64,000 nt of DNA from an uncultured Chloroflexia bacterium. Its GTDB lineage: Bacteria > Chloroflexota > Anaerolineae > JAAYZQ01. Below the pieces are notes generated by a model. The model was not told the DNA's origin, made no database searches, and saw only the letters and a program-made list of their open reading frames with translations. Positions 40,799 through 50,028 of this stretch are shown piece by piece. Both the position numbers and the translations under genes were made by a program. Location of the stretch: assembly GCA_963700285.1 (NCBI GenBank), contig CAVOXA010000001.1, forward strand, positions 1,120,001 through 1,184,000, written 5' to 3'. Position 1 is the stretch's first letter. Each line of letters opens with the position of its first letter.

Positions 40799-42243
40799 AA
40801 ACTCTTGCCTCCACCGATTGATGACGACCCCAGCGCTTCTTCATCAGGTTGTACGCGAGTCTGTGCTGCAACCTGTTCCCCTTTGCTGCATCTATACAGA
40901 GCATTACCAGCCCAAGCCGCAGCAGCAAACTCCTCATGCGGGACGAATTCTGATTTCACATGATAGAAGCTCGAGAAAATCTCAGGGTATTGCCGGATCA
41001 TTCGCTGCATTTCGGCCGTTCGAAAGTCTTCGAGCCCCATCGACAAGAACGATGGTAGAGGGGCAAGGGAGAGCCTTGAGGTGTATTGAATTGTGAGCGG
41101 CGTCTTGGGCAACGGACACAGCACATAGACCTGGCTCTTTGCCACACCGATGTCTAGAAAATGCTGGTGCAGGGAGAGAGTTTCCTGAAGATCTTGCCTT
41201 GTCTCCCAGGGAAAGCCCACAATGAACGAGGTGATGACCCCCATACCATAGGAGACTGCTGCTTCGATGGTCTCGCGCGTCCTGGTCAGGTCCAGGTTCT
41301 TCTGCAACCGCTTCTGTACGCGTTGGGAACCGCTCTCGACACCAAAGAAAACATGTGTGCATCCTGCTCGATACATATCGGCCAGGGTCCGCGCGCCAAC
41401 GCTGTCTGGTCGGAGACGACAGGTCCAGGTTGCCCTGTCACCAGTCTCCATGGCTCCAAGGAAGGCGCCCAGCCAGTCGCGGTCCAGGACAAGGAGATCC
41501 TGGGCCAACAGCACGTTTTCCACCTGGTACCTGCGGACAATCATCCCAAGCTGGTCAGCCAGCAGGTCTGGCGACTTCTGACGCATACGTCTGCGCCAGA
41601 AGTCAGAGGTGGAGCAGAAGCTGCACCCATAAGGACATCCGCGTCCAGGTTCGAAAGGAATGAAATCATCCAGCAGTGCTTCGCGGAAATAGGGATAGGC
41701 CTGGTAGTCAGGCAATGCCAGGGAATCCAGCTCGGTCAATAGTGGCACAAGGGGTGTTGAAACGATCTTCCCATTTGCTCGGTATGTGATACTGCCTGCT
41801 CCTTGTGGTTCACTCCCGTGTTCGATTACCTGGACAAGGCCGAGGACAGCCTGTTCTGCCTCCCCCCGAACGATATAGTCGATCCAGGGAAAAGCGGCCA
41901 TCGACTCCTCGGCCACGACCGAGGCCTGTGGTCCGCCCAGGACCACGGGCGTCTGTGGCGACAAATGCTTCACCGCCCTGGCCAGGAGCAGAATCAGGGG
42001 ATAACTGTTGCACACAGTTGAAAACCCCACCCAGTCAGGCTCTGCCGCCACGACTTCAGCCGCCCACTGGCGTATGGCCATATCGGTCTCGGCTAGATCG
42101 CCTGCATGCAGGTGCGGATAGTAGATGGTGCAATCGTGCCCGGCGTCCGACAGTACCTGGTGTAGAGACAGAACTCCCAGTGGGAAGTAGGGCATCGTCC
42201 TTCGCCCTTTGATGTGTGGCGCAGGTACGAGAACCACGTGCAT
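40795..42243 (-). CDS. B12-binding radical SAM enzyme (RiPP maturase 2)
   Basis: Same domain motifs; GRGCPYGCSFC. Confidence 0.93.
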   Translation of the reverse strand: MHVVLVPAPHIKGRRTMPYFPLGVLSLHQVLSDAGHDCTIYYPHLHAGDLAETDMAIRQWAAEVVAAEPDWVGFSTVCNSYPLILLLARAVKHLSPQTPVVLGGPQASVVAEESMAAFPWIDYIVRGEAEQAVLGLVQVIEHGSEPQGAGSITYRANGKIVSTPLVPLLTELDSLALPDYQAYPYFREALLDDFIPFEPGRGCPYGCSFCSTSDFWRRRMRQKSPDLLADQLGMIVRRYQVENVLLAQDLLVLDRDWLGAFLGAMETGDRATWTCRLRPDSVGARTLADMYRAGCTHVFFGVESGSQRVQKRLQKNLDLTRTRETIEAAVSYGMGVITSFIVGFPWETRQDLQETLSLHQHFLDIGVAKSQVYVLCPLPKTPLTIQYTSRLSLAPLPSFLSMGLEDFRTAEMQRMIRQYPEIFSSFYHVKSEFVPHEEFAAAAWAGNALYRCSKGEQVAAQTRVQPDEEALGSSSIGGGKSL

Positions 42244-42306
42244 ACGCTCATGCCTCCATTGCTTGCTGACGGATCAGGTATACCTTTCTAGGAATACAAC
42301 CGCACT

Positions 42307-42420
42307 TGTCATTCTGAGGAGCGAGCGCAGTGAGCGACGAAGAATCTCGGCTGCGCCCAGCTATCAGTTTCTCGCCATGTAACCGGGATTCTTTGCTCTA
42401 TTCAGTCGCCCAGAATGACA
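42307..42420. repeat. REP/MITE-like palindromic element
   Basis: Terminal inverted repeat TGTCATTCTG...CAGAATGACA with inner GAAGAATCTC/GGGATTCTTT arms. Confidence 0.7.
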
Positions 42421-42503
42421 CACGGCTTGGACTGCGGTCGTAGTACTAGATGCACGCCAAGGTCTTCATTCGCTTGCCATTCGGTAGTCATGCCGGGCCA
42501 GAA

Positions 42504-42531
42504 CTGGAAGAGGGGTGCTCCCCTCTTCCAG
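42504..42531 (-). promoter_or_regulatory. Conserved stem-loop after precursor A3
   Basis: Perfect 12-bp stem CTGGAAGAGGGG-TGCT-CCCCTCTTCCAG with no U-tail. Confidence 0.7.
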
Positions 42532-42568
42532 CCCCAGGTATGCACCGCCAGTTCCTCTTGCTGACCTA

Positions 42569-42805
42569 CTAGAAGATAAAGGGGACACCGAGAAAGTCCC
42601 AATGCGCTTCCTTGGATAGCCTTTCATCCAGATCTGTGCTGAGGGCTTTCAGGTCCCGGTCCTTGAACGCAGCCATTTGCTCTTCGCTCAGATCATAGCC
42701 CGCGTCCTTGATTGTTTTCTCCGGGTCCTCGACCAGGCTGGCCCGGAACTCGGGATCGGCCACCATTCGTCCGATCAACTCGTGAATCTCCTTCTCAGTT
42801 GCCAC
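42569..42805 (-). CDS. RiPP precursor A3 (putative core EAHWDFLGVPFIF)
   Basis: GTG start after AAGGCGGTGA; leader nearly identical to that of A4. Confidence 0.9.
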   Translation of the reverse strand: MATEKEIHELIGRMVADPEFRASLVEDPEKTIKDAGYDLSEEQMAAFKDRDLKALSTDLDERLSKEAHWDFLGVPFIF

Positions 42806-42924
42806 GTCGCTCACCGCCTTTCTCCATAAGATAGTGTATCCTCGGACATCGGCAATCAAGATGCGCCCATAGGCAGAGGATACGGTGTCTCTGCCTGTCC
42901 GGCCTCCGATCCGTGGCTCGCTCG

Positions 42925-44418
42925 CTACGGATCGACTCGCTCCCCGGCAAGCGAGCCGGGGGCAGAGCTTCTTGAGTGAGGCGAATCACTTACATGCTTT
43001 GCACCTGTTCGTGCCTGTGGTACAGGGTCTTCCCCCTTGCTCAGAGTACACAAAGCATTGCCTGCCCAGGCCGCGAGACGGAACTCTACGTGCGGCACAA
43101 ATTCTGTTTCAATATGGTAGAAGCTTGAAAAGATCTGCGGGTAGCGCCGAATCAAACCATCCATTTCGGCGTTCCAGAAGCGTTCCATCTCCCTCGGCGC
43201 GACCGACTGTGTGCTGTCAATCCTGAGCCTCGAGGCGTAGCGGGTTGTGATCTCGGTCTTGGGCAACGGAGAAAGTGGATAGATCCGGGCGCTATCCACA
43301 CCAGTATCCAGGAAATGCTGGTGCAGGGAAAGGGTATCCTGGAGATCCTGCCTTGTCTCCCAGGGAAAGCCCACAATGAGAGAAGTGGTAACGCTTATCC
43401 CTGTAGCAACGGCTGCCTCGACAGTCTTGCATACTTGCGAAACGTCGAGGTTTTTGCCCATACGCTGTTGCACCCGCTGTGAACCGCTATCCACACCGAA
43501 AAAGATCTGTCTGCACCCCGCCCGATTCACAGCGGACAGCTCCTCTGGTTCAATGCTGTCTGGTCGAAGATAGCAGCCCCAGCTCACTTTGCCGCAAGCT
43601 TCCATAGCCTGAAGAAAATCAGAAAACCAGCCCTTGTTCACGGCAAAGATATCCTGCACCAAGAACACAGATCCTACTCCTTGGCTATGGGCGAGCGCCT
43701 CTAGCTGTGCTGCCAGCAAACCTGGCGACTTCAGACGCATGCGCCTGCGCCAATAGTCTGAAGTCGAGCAAAAGCAGCATCCATAGGGGCATCCGCGCCC
43801 AGGTTCAAAAGGCAGCAATCCATCCTCGAAAGGGGGCTTCCCGCCCAGGAGCGCTTCACGGAAGTATGCATAAGCCTGGTAGTCAGGTAGCGTCAGGGAA
43901 TCGAGATCGCTCAACAGTGGCACGAGGGGTGTGGAAACGACATTGCCGTTGACCCGGTGCGTGAGACTACCTGCTTTTCCCGACCCACTCCCTTTTCCGA
44001 TTACCTGGACCAAGTCGAGAATAGCGTTCTCTGCCTCCCCCCGGACAACATAGTCAATCCAGGGGAAAGCCGCCATCGACTCCTCGGCCACGACGGACGC
44101 CTGTGGTCCACCCAGGACGACCCATGTTTGTGGGGATAGCTGCTTCACCGCTCGGGCCAGGAGCAGAACGAGTGGATAGCTGTTGCACATGGTCGAAAAA
44201 CCCACCCAATCGGGCTGTGTCGCCACGATGTCAGCCGCCCAGCGCCCGATGGCTGCTTCGGGGTCGGCTGGGTTGGCAGCATCCTGGAGCGGGTAGTAGA
44301 TCTTGCTATCGTAGCCTGCGTCAGCTAGCACCCGGTGTAGAGACAGGACGCCCAGCGGGAAATAGGGCGCTATCCTACGCTCCTGGATATGTGGCGCGGG
44401 TACCAGTACTACATGCAT
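42925..44418 (-). CDS. B12-binding radical SAM enzyme (RiPP maturase 1)
   Basis: Same domain motifs; GRGCPYGCCFC; FGVDSGS. Confidence 0.93.
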   Translation of the reverse strand: MHVVLVPAPHIQERRIAPYFPLGVLSLHRVLADAGYDSKIYYPLQDAANPADPEAAIGRWAADIVATQPDWVGFSTMCNSYPLVLLLARAVKQLSPQTWVVLGGPQASVVAEESMAAFPWIDYVVRGEAENAILDLVQVIGKGSGSGKAGSLTHRVNGNVVSTPLVPLLSDLDSLTLPDYQAYAYFREALLGGKPPFEDGLLPFEPGRGCPYGCCFCSTSDYWRRRMRLKSPGLLAAQLEALAHSQGVGSVFLVQDIFAVNKGWFSDFLQAMEACGKVSWGCYLRPDSIEPEELSAVNRAGCRQIFFGVDSGSQRVQQRMGKNLDVSQVCKTVEAAVATGISVTTSLIVGFPWETRQDLQDTLSLHQHFLDTGVDSARIYPLSPLPKTEITTRYASRLRIDSTQSVAPREMERFWNAEMDGLIRRYPQIFSSFYHIETEFVPHVEFRLAAWAGNALCTLSKGEDPVPQARTGAKHVSDSPHSRSSAPGSLAGERVDP

Positions 44419-44537
44419 GCTCTCTTACTCCAGTTCTTGCTGAAGGCTCAACTGCCCCTTCTTGGAACTTGCGGGCTTGCATCCTGCGCAGCAGCCGTGA
44501 GCCTGTTCCCTTCAGATTCGAAAGCTATTTAGAGCCA

Positions 44538-44569
44538 GGGGTGGAGGAGGGGAGCCCCCCTCCATCCCC
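44538..44569 (-). promoter_or_regulatory. Conserved stem-loop after precursor A2
   Basis: GGGGTGGAGG-AGGGGAGCCCC-CCTCCATCCCC. Confidence 0.65.
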
Positions 44570-44605
44570 AGGATTGCTGCAGCAGGTTGCGCGTACCAGC
44601 GCCCA

Positions 44606-44842
44606 CTACCAGGTCGGGTTCGTGCCAACCCCGCCGAATCCGACCTCCTTAGACAGTCTGTCGTCCAGATCTGCGCTAAAGCCTTCCAGGTCTACTTTCT
44701 TGAGTGCAGCCAGTTGCTCTTCCGTCAGATCATAGCCAGCGTCTTTCACTGCCTTTTCGGGGTCCTCCATCAGGCTGGCCCGGAAATCAGGGTCGGCCAC
44801 CGTTCGGCCGATCAGCTCGTGTATCTCTTTCTGCGTTGCCAT
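44606..44842 (-). CDS. RiPP precursor A2 (putative core EVGFGGVGTNPTW)
   Basis: GAGGTGA RBS; leader MATQKEIHELIGR...LDDRLSK. Confidence 0.9.
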   Translation of the reverse strand: MATQKEIHELIGRTVADPDFRASLMEDPEKAVKDAGYDLTEEQLAALKKVDLEGFSADLDDRLSKEVGFGGVGTNPTW

Positions 44843-45049
44843 TTCGCTCACCTCTTTTCTCCCTCTGATGGCAAATGCTTCAGAAGCTGAGAGCAAGGTG
44901 CAACCGGAATCAGAGAACGCTACCTTTCCGCCCATCTTGCCCCCAAGCTCAGGCTCCTCGCCGGGGAAAGGCGCCCAGAATCAGAACAGCAGATTGCTTC
45001 CGAATCCACTAGGACCGATTCGCCCCAAGTCACCCTCTCAACGCTAGGC

Positions 45050-45085
45050 CCTGCCGAAGAAGGAGAGCCTCCCCTCCGGCGCAGG
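45050..45085 (-). promoter_or_regulatory. Conserved, imperfect stem-loop after precursor A1
   Basis: CCTGCCGAAGAAGGAGAGCCTCCCCTCCGGCGCAGG. Confidence 0.55.
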
Positions 45086-45113
45086 CTTGCTTTGGCGGAC
45101 AATGCAGAGTGCT

Positions 45114-45350
45114 CTACGGCCAGGGCGCGATTCCAACCTCACCTACTCCGACTTCCTTGGACAGTCTGTCGTCCAGATCTGCGCCAAGATCCTCCAGGTC
45201 CGCTTTTTTCAGTGCCGCCAGTTGCTCTTCTGTTAGATCATAGCCGGCCTCCTTCACCGCCTTTTCCGGGTCCTCCACCAGGCTGGCCCGGAACTTGGCG
45301 TCGGCCACTGCACGGCCGATCAGCTCGTGAACCTCCTTCTCAGTTGCCAT
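45114..45350 (-). CDS. RiPP precursor A1 (putative core EVGVGEVGIAPWP)
   Basis: AGGAGGTGA RBS; leader MATEKEVHELIGR...LDDRLSK. Confidence 0.9.
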   Translation of the reverse strand: MATEKEVHELIGRAVADAKFRASLVEDPEKAVKEAGYDLTEEQLAALKKADLEDLGADLDDRLSKEVGVGEVGIAPWP

Positions 45351-45386
45351 TTCGCTCACCTCCTTCCTCCGTTGGATAGTATGCGC

Positions 45387-46436
45387 TCAAGAATCAAGCG
45401 GCAAGATGCTCCCGGGCTCTAGGGACATGTGCCCTCCTCTCATCTTGCTGCCAGTTCCAGGTTGCCCTACGGGGACAGGCGGTTTGGGGATCAGAGCGGC
45501 GAATTGCTCCCGAATCCATTCCGTGCGCCTGGCTTCGAGATCTACGCTCAACTGTCTGGCAGCCTCGTCACGGAGCGCTAGGTACGCTTCCAGGTAGGGA
45601 ACAGCCAGAGCAGAAGCGCTTTCCAGCGCCCGCCGGCGGTATTCCGCAATCAGTCCCAGATACTCATCCAACACTGCGCCGGCAAACAGAGCCTTCTCTA
45701 CGTCAGTCTCAGTCAGTGTGGTGTGAGGGTCGAGTCTGCGATGAGCTAGCACCCGGGTGAGGAAATAGGTATAGCTTCCCTGCGCCAGGTCACCGCGCCA
45801 ATCCTGCAGATCATCAGCCAGCAGAAAGGACATCATCAAGTCGTCTATCATCTTTTCCAGGAGCTCAGTGGCTTCCTTTCGCCCGGCCAGCAAGCACAGT
45901 GCCGCGCAGGAGATCTTTAGTGGGGCGGCTTTGCGTGCCAGGAGAATCAGATCTGCTTCCTCAAAGGCGCGCACCTGCCCCCAATGCCACTGCCGCTCCC
46001 ACGAAATGCTCAGTCCCCACTGGGCGATGTATTCCTCAAAAAGCGCCCAAAACGCTGGCTCGGAGCCGAAAACGCGGTGATACGGCGCCAGCGCATCGAG
46101 AAGAAGAAAGGTAGCCAGTGGTTGGAGATGCCCCTCGTACTCCTCAGGCTCGGCATCCATCAGCTCGTCCTGCAGCATGAAATAGAGCACCAGGAAGGTA
46201 CTGCTCAGGCCTACCAGACGGCAGACATTGCGATCCAGGGCAAGGGGCTCCTCCAGCCAGAAGGGCAACAGATATGCGATGTGAAAGGCCCGAGGCATCT
46301 TGTGTTCCAGTGACCACTGATCCTCAAGGCGAGCCCGTCCGGGCTGGCGCAGCGCCGGTGGATACGTGGAGATGCGCTCCAGACAGGCATCCAGCAACCA
46401 CTTACACTCCCGGTCAAAGTCACGAATTGGGTCCAT
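45387..46436 (-). CDS. Class-I isoprenoid-synthase-fold protein (putative ComQ-like peptide prenyltransferase)
   Basis: Helical composition; two Asp-rich motifs QDELMD and ADDLQDWRGD; RKAAPLK segment. Confidence 0.7.
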   Translation of the reverse strand: MDPIRDFDRECKWLLDACLERISTYPPALRQPGRARLEDQWSLEHKMPRAFHIAYLLPFWLEEPLALDRNVCRLVGLSSTFLVLYFMLQDELMDAEPEEYEGHLQPLATFLLLDALAPYHRVFGSEPAFWALFEEYIAQWGLSISWERQWHWGQVRAFEEADLILLARKAAPLKISCAALCLLAGRKEATELLEKMIDDLMMSFLLADDLQDWRGDLAQGSYTYFLTRVLAHRRLDPHTTLTETDVEKALFAGAVLDEYLGLIAEYRRRALESASALAVPYLEAYLALRDEAARQLSVDLEARRTEWIREQFAALIPKPPVPVGQPGTGSKMRGGHMSLEPGSILPLDS

Positions 46437-47895
46437 GTTGCCCTCCGGCTTGCGATCTCCTGGTGCTGCGGCTTCGGAGAAAGCAGCGTACCCGGTGAGC
46501 GCCCTCGCCGGCCAACAGAAGCGCTTTGGTGGTCAGTCCCAGGATAAGGTTTGCGCCGGCCACCAGCATCAGCCCACCGACGAGGATGATGGGCAGGACG
46601 TCTTTGCCGCTGACCAATTCCCCTTCCATCTGAGCTATCTCTCTGTACCAAAGGTACACGGCCATGACCACAGCGAAAGCCGTCCAGGCAGCCGCTAGAA
46701 TGCCAAAGACGGCAAAAATCCTCTGTTCGTGGCTGAACTTGCTCCACCCCTTGAACAGCTTGGTCGGCAATTCCTCCCGGACGAAGGCCAACGATCTCTT
46801 GCGCAGCATGGGTATCTCTACCCAGTCCACCAGGGCGTAGTAGCCATCCAACTCCAGGAGCGGATTTACATTCATCAGGGCTCCAAAGTAGCCTATCAGG
46901 GCTGCTTTGAACAGAACCCCATTGAAGGCGAAGGAGGGAAAGAGACCAGCTACCACCGCCAGCAGGCTGCCCAGCAGCAGCGTTGTGAACGGGCCGGCCA
47001 GCGAAACCAGGATGCGAGCCCGCTTGGGTGCCATCCAGATATCCGTGGTATCCACAAAGAAGGCGGGCGAACCCATGTAAAGCATCAGCCCCCCTTTGGG
47101 CACTCGACGGCCATACTGCTTGCATGTCAGGGCGTGACCGCACTCGTGAAAGAACGTCATCACATAGTAGAGCGCCAGCAAGATAACCAGGCCCAGGCCA
47201 AAGGAACCGGCCGCGCTGAGCAGGGGATAGTTGCCGGCCAGCAGCTCCCGTGCGAAGAAGACCAGCCCGGCTACGATCACCAGCCCGTACAGGATCCTGG
47301 CCGGGCGCGTGAATAGCAGCCAGCCCCCCCACCGGTAGAGCGAATCGAAGAACCCATCGGCGTTTTTCAGGCTGAACTCCCTCTGAGCGGATCTTTCGGA
47401 GAAGCGTTGGAGTCGGTGGGCCAGGGTGTGGGCAGCAAGCTGCTCCTCGATGCATTGGAATAGGTCCACCGGCTTTTCCGCCAGGAATTGGTGCGTGCCA
47501 AGCTCCGTGAGGAGATTGGCCAGTCGCTCAAAGGGAAAGGCCCCGAATTCTGAGTAGTAGGCCATGGCCAGGTCGCTGACAGAGTGCTCGCCATCCATGA
47601 GCCCCCACAGTAAGTAGTCGCGGGCGTCGACCTTAAGGTAGGTGTCCGCCCTTGGGTTGTTCAAGACATAGTATGCCTCCCCTTGGGCGTTTTGGTGGCA
47701 CGACACCTCGACGCCGGTCACGCCCTTGGGCTTCTTCATGGAGGGGTCCAGCCCTTCCTGCAGGATCGCCCACAGGTCGACCGCCGTTGATCTCTCCTCT
47801 GCGGTCGCCTGCTGCAATCGCATCCACATGGTGGAGGCTGGTGTACCCTCTTCTGCCACCCCGTTCTCTTCTTTCTGCAATAGATTCATCCCCAC
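46420..47895 (-). CDS. RRE/PqqD-domain M50 (site-2) membrane metallopeptidase
   Basis: YYVLNNP...YLKV...LWGLMDGEHSVSDL (PqqD-like); HECGH; LAGP; NVNPLLELDGYY; multiple TM helices. Confidence 0.85.
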   Translation of the reverse strand: MGMNLLQKEENGVAEEGTPASTMWMRLQQATAEERSTAVDLWAILQEGLDPSMKKPKGVTGVEVSCHQNAQGEAYYVLNNPRADTYLKVDARDYLLWGLMDGEHSVSDLAMAYYSEFGAFPFERLANLLTELGTHQFLAEKPVDLFQCIEEQLAAHTLAHRLQRFSERSAQREFSLKNADGFFDSLYRWGGWLLFTRPARILYGLVIVAGLVFFARELLAGNYPLLSAAGSFGLGLVILLALYYVMTFFHECGHALTCKQYGRRVPKGGLMLYMGSPAFFVDTTDIWMAPKRARILVSLAGPFTTLLLGSLLAVVAGLFPSFAFNGVLFKAALIGYFGALMNVNPLLELDGYYALVDWVEIPMLRKRSLAFVREELPTKLFKGWSKFSHEQRIFAVFGILAAAWTAFAVVMAVYLWYREIAQMEGELVSGKDVLPIILVGGLMLVAGANLILGLTTKALLLAGEGAHRVRCFLRSRSTRRSQAGGQHGPNS

Positions 47896-47971
47896 TTCCA
47901 GTCGGGCGACCTTTGCCCCACAGGCTCATGTCTCCAGGCGTACAACCCCGCTGGATGCCGGCTCGTTCGGG

Positions 47972-48533
47972 CTAAGACAGCATGATGAGGACACTAATGC
48001 CGGTGCCCAAGGTACCAAGCGCGCCAAACACTAGCCCCACAGTCCAGAGGAACTTGCGCTCAGTCCCGATGGCCATCCCGCCCAGGGTAATGCCAAGGGC
48101 GAGCAACGCTACGGCGATCGCAAAGACCTCATGGGCATTGGCAGAGACACGAACCATCTCCTCTTCGCTGGCCGTGCTGGCCTTCAACTCCCTCGTTCTG
48201 TCCTCAAGTGCTGCCACCTTCTCGATCTCGGCCGGGTCTGGCGCTTTTTCCCAGGATGGTCAGGAGCTCGTGCTTGGACGTGAGCGTCTTCACATACTCG
48301 CGGTCGCTCTCCAGACGATCAACCCCGATGATCTCTTGGGTTCTGTCCAGTAAGGCTCTGTTGGCGGTCATACCCGCCAGCAAGCCTCCAAGTGCGGCCA
48401 GTAGGGGCATGATCAGCGTGGTCAGGGCGACATGTCGGTGCCACCTGGGTTCTTCCGGCCCCACTTCTCGCAACTCTACTGCCTCCACAACTGCATCCTG
48501 TGCCGTCTCTGCCATTTCTGTCAGTTCAGACAT
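47972..48533 (-). CDS. DUF4337-like membrane protein, frameshifted
   Basis: VALTTLIM..LAALGG helix, coiled coil, then FAIAVALLALGITLGGMAI; split into two ORFs at ~48240. Confidence 0.6.
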
Positions 48534-48580
48534 CGTGCCTCATTGACTCTCCGCATGATGATGATACGACGTCAGGGCGT

Positions 48581-50028
48581 TTACTCTTCTCCTGCCGTGA
48601 ACAGCGCCCAGGGCTGGGTTGGCCGGTCCTTGAGGTAGCCCTCCAGGTGGTCCCACTGCGGATGTTCGATGAGATGCTCGTCGGCGTCAAAGGCCATGCC
48701 GCTGGAACTGCCCCAGCGGGCCCAGAAGCTGAGGTCTGCGGCCAGGTCGCTGTCCATGACCTTGCCGTCCACTGCGCCCTGGGGCGCGTAGGGCAGCCGC
48801 GCGGGCCAGTACTCAAAGGCGTCCAGCTCGTAGTGGCCCTCGATGGTGCGCGAGCCGGGGTTGGTCTTTTTCAGATAGACGTCATAGTGGTCGGCGATGA
48901 TCTTTTTGGCGTTCTTGATATCGATCTTGCCCTTGTACTGCTCCATGAGCTGGGTCAGGCGCACGCGCCGGGCGCCCGCCGGCATCCGGATGTCGTCGTA
49001 GCCGGTGTTGGCGCACTCCAGGTTGCGGATCTGGGGGTCGATCGGGCGCGTTAAAGCCGACATAGTAGCCGTCCTTGGTGCGCTCGACGGCCGAGAACTT
49101 GAGGCCCAGTTCGAAGCGCATGATCTCGCCCGTGTTCCGGTCGGCCAGCAGCCAACTGTTGGCATAGCCGCCGTTGTTCTCCTTCTTCATCAGCGTCCAC
49201 CCAACCGTCGAGATCGTCGGCATACTGCATGGCCCGGCGCACCCGAAGGAACTCGGGTACCTCGTCGGCGTCGTATTGGCTGTAGCCGCCGATGGTGGTC
49301 TCGGTGCCCATCAGGCCGGCGTCGGTCACGAAAAAGTCGGTAAAGCTGGCGATGAGCCCCGGCATGCTCTGCATGAACATGCGGTGGCCTTCAGCCGGCT
49401 GGAGGTCCAGGATCTCGTTCATGTACTGGCCGTGAGTGAAATGGTCCCAACTGTTGTGGGCCATCACGATATCACCATCCCGGGTGTAGGAACCGGTAGC
49501 GACAAAGGCGCTGCAGTGGTCCTGGTCCTGCGGCACGTACTGGCCGTACCACTGGGACTGCTCGTTGGGCCACCAGTAGCCGACCAGTTCCTCGTAGCCG
49601 TTCCAGGTCAGGACCTCTTGCCAGGTGATATCGGTGCCGGCCTCCTGGGCGCCTTCGGCAATGCCCCTCATCTCCTCCTGTAGCTCCTCGTCGAGATGTT
49701 TGACGAACTGTTCCTGCGCCTGCTCGACAAAGAACTCCCACTCCATGCCGGTGTCCATGAAGGTCAAGTCCTTTGTGTTGGCCAGGATCTCGGCCAGCTC
49801 CGGCGCCACCAGGTAGCCGTACTGGAAGCCCCGCTCGTAGGGTTCGCCCTCGATGTGGATATAGATCCAGCCATCCTGTTCGAGGCGGTAGCCCTTGCCG
49901 TCGGGACTGGTCTGGCGCTCTTCGGAGCGGGCCGTGGGTAGCGATGTGGCCGATGACGATAACACCAGTACCACAAGTAGGGCTAGAATCACGCTGGCCA
50001 TTCCAACCTTCAATCCGCGGGTCTTCAT
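48581..50028 (-). CDS. Secreted C45/phospholipase-B-like Ntn hydrolase, frameshifted
   Basis: Signal peptide; GEPYERGFQYG; HCSAFVATG...IVMAHNSW; GTETTI; NGGYANSWL. Confidence 0.8.
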
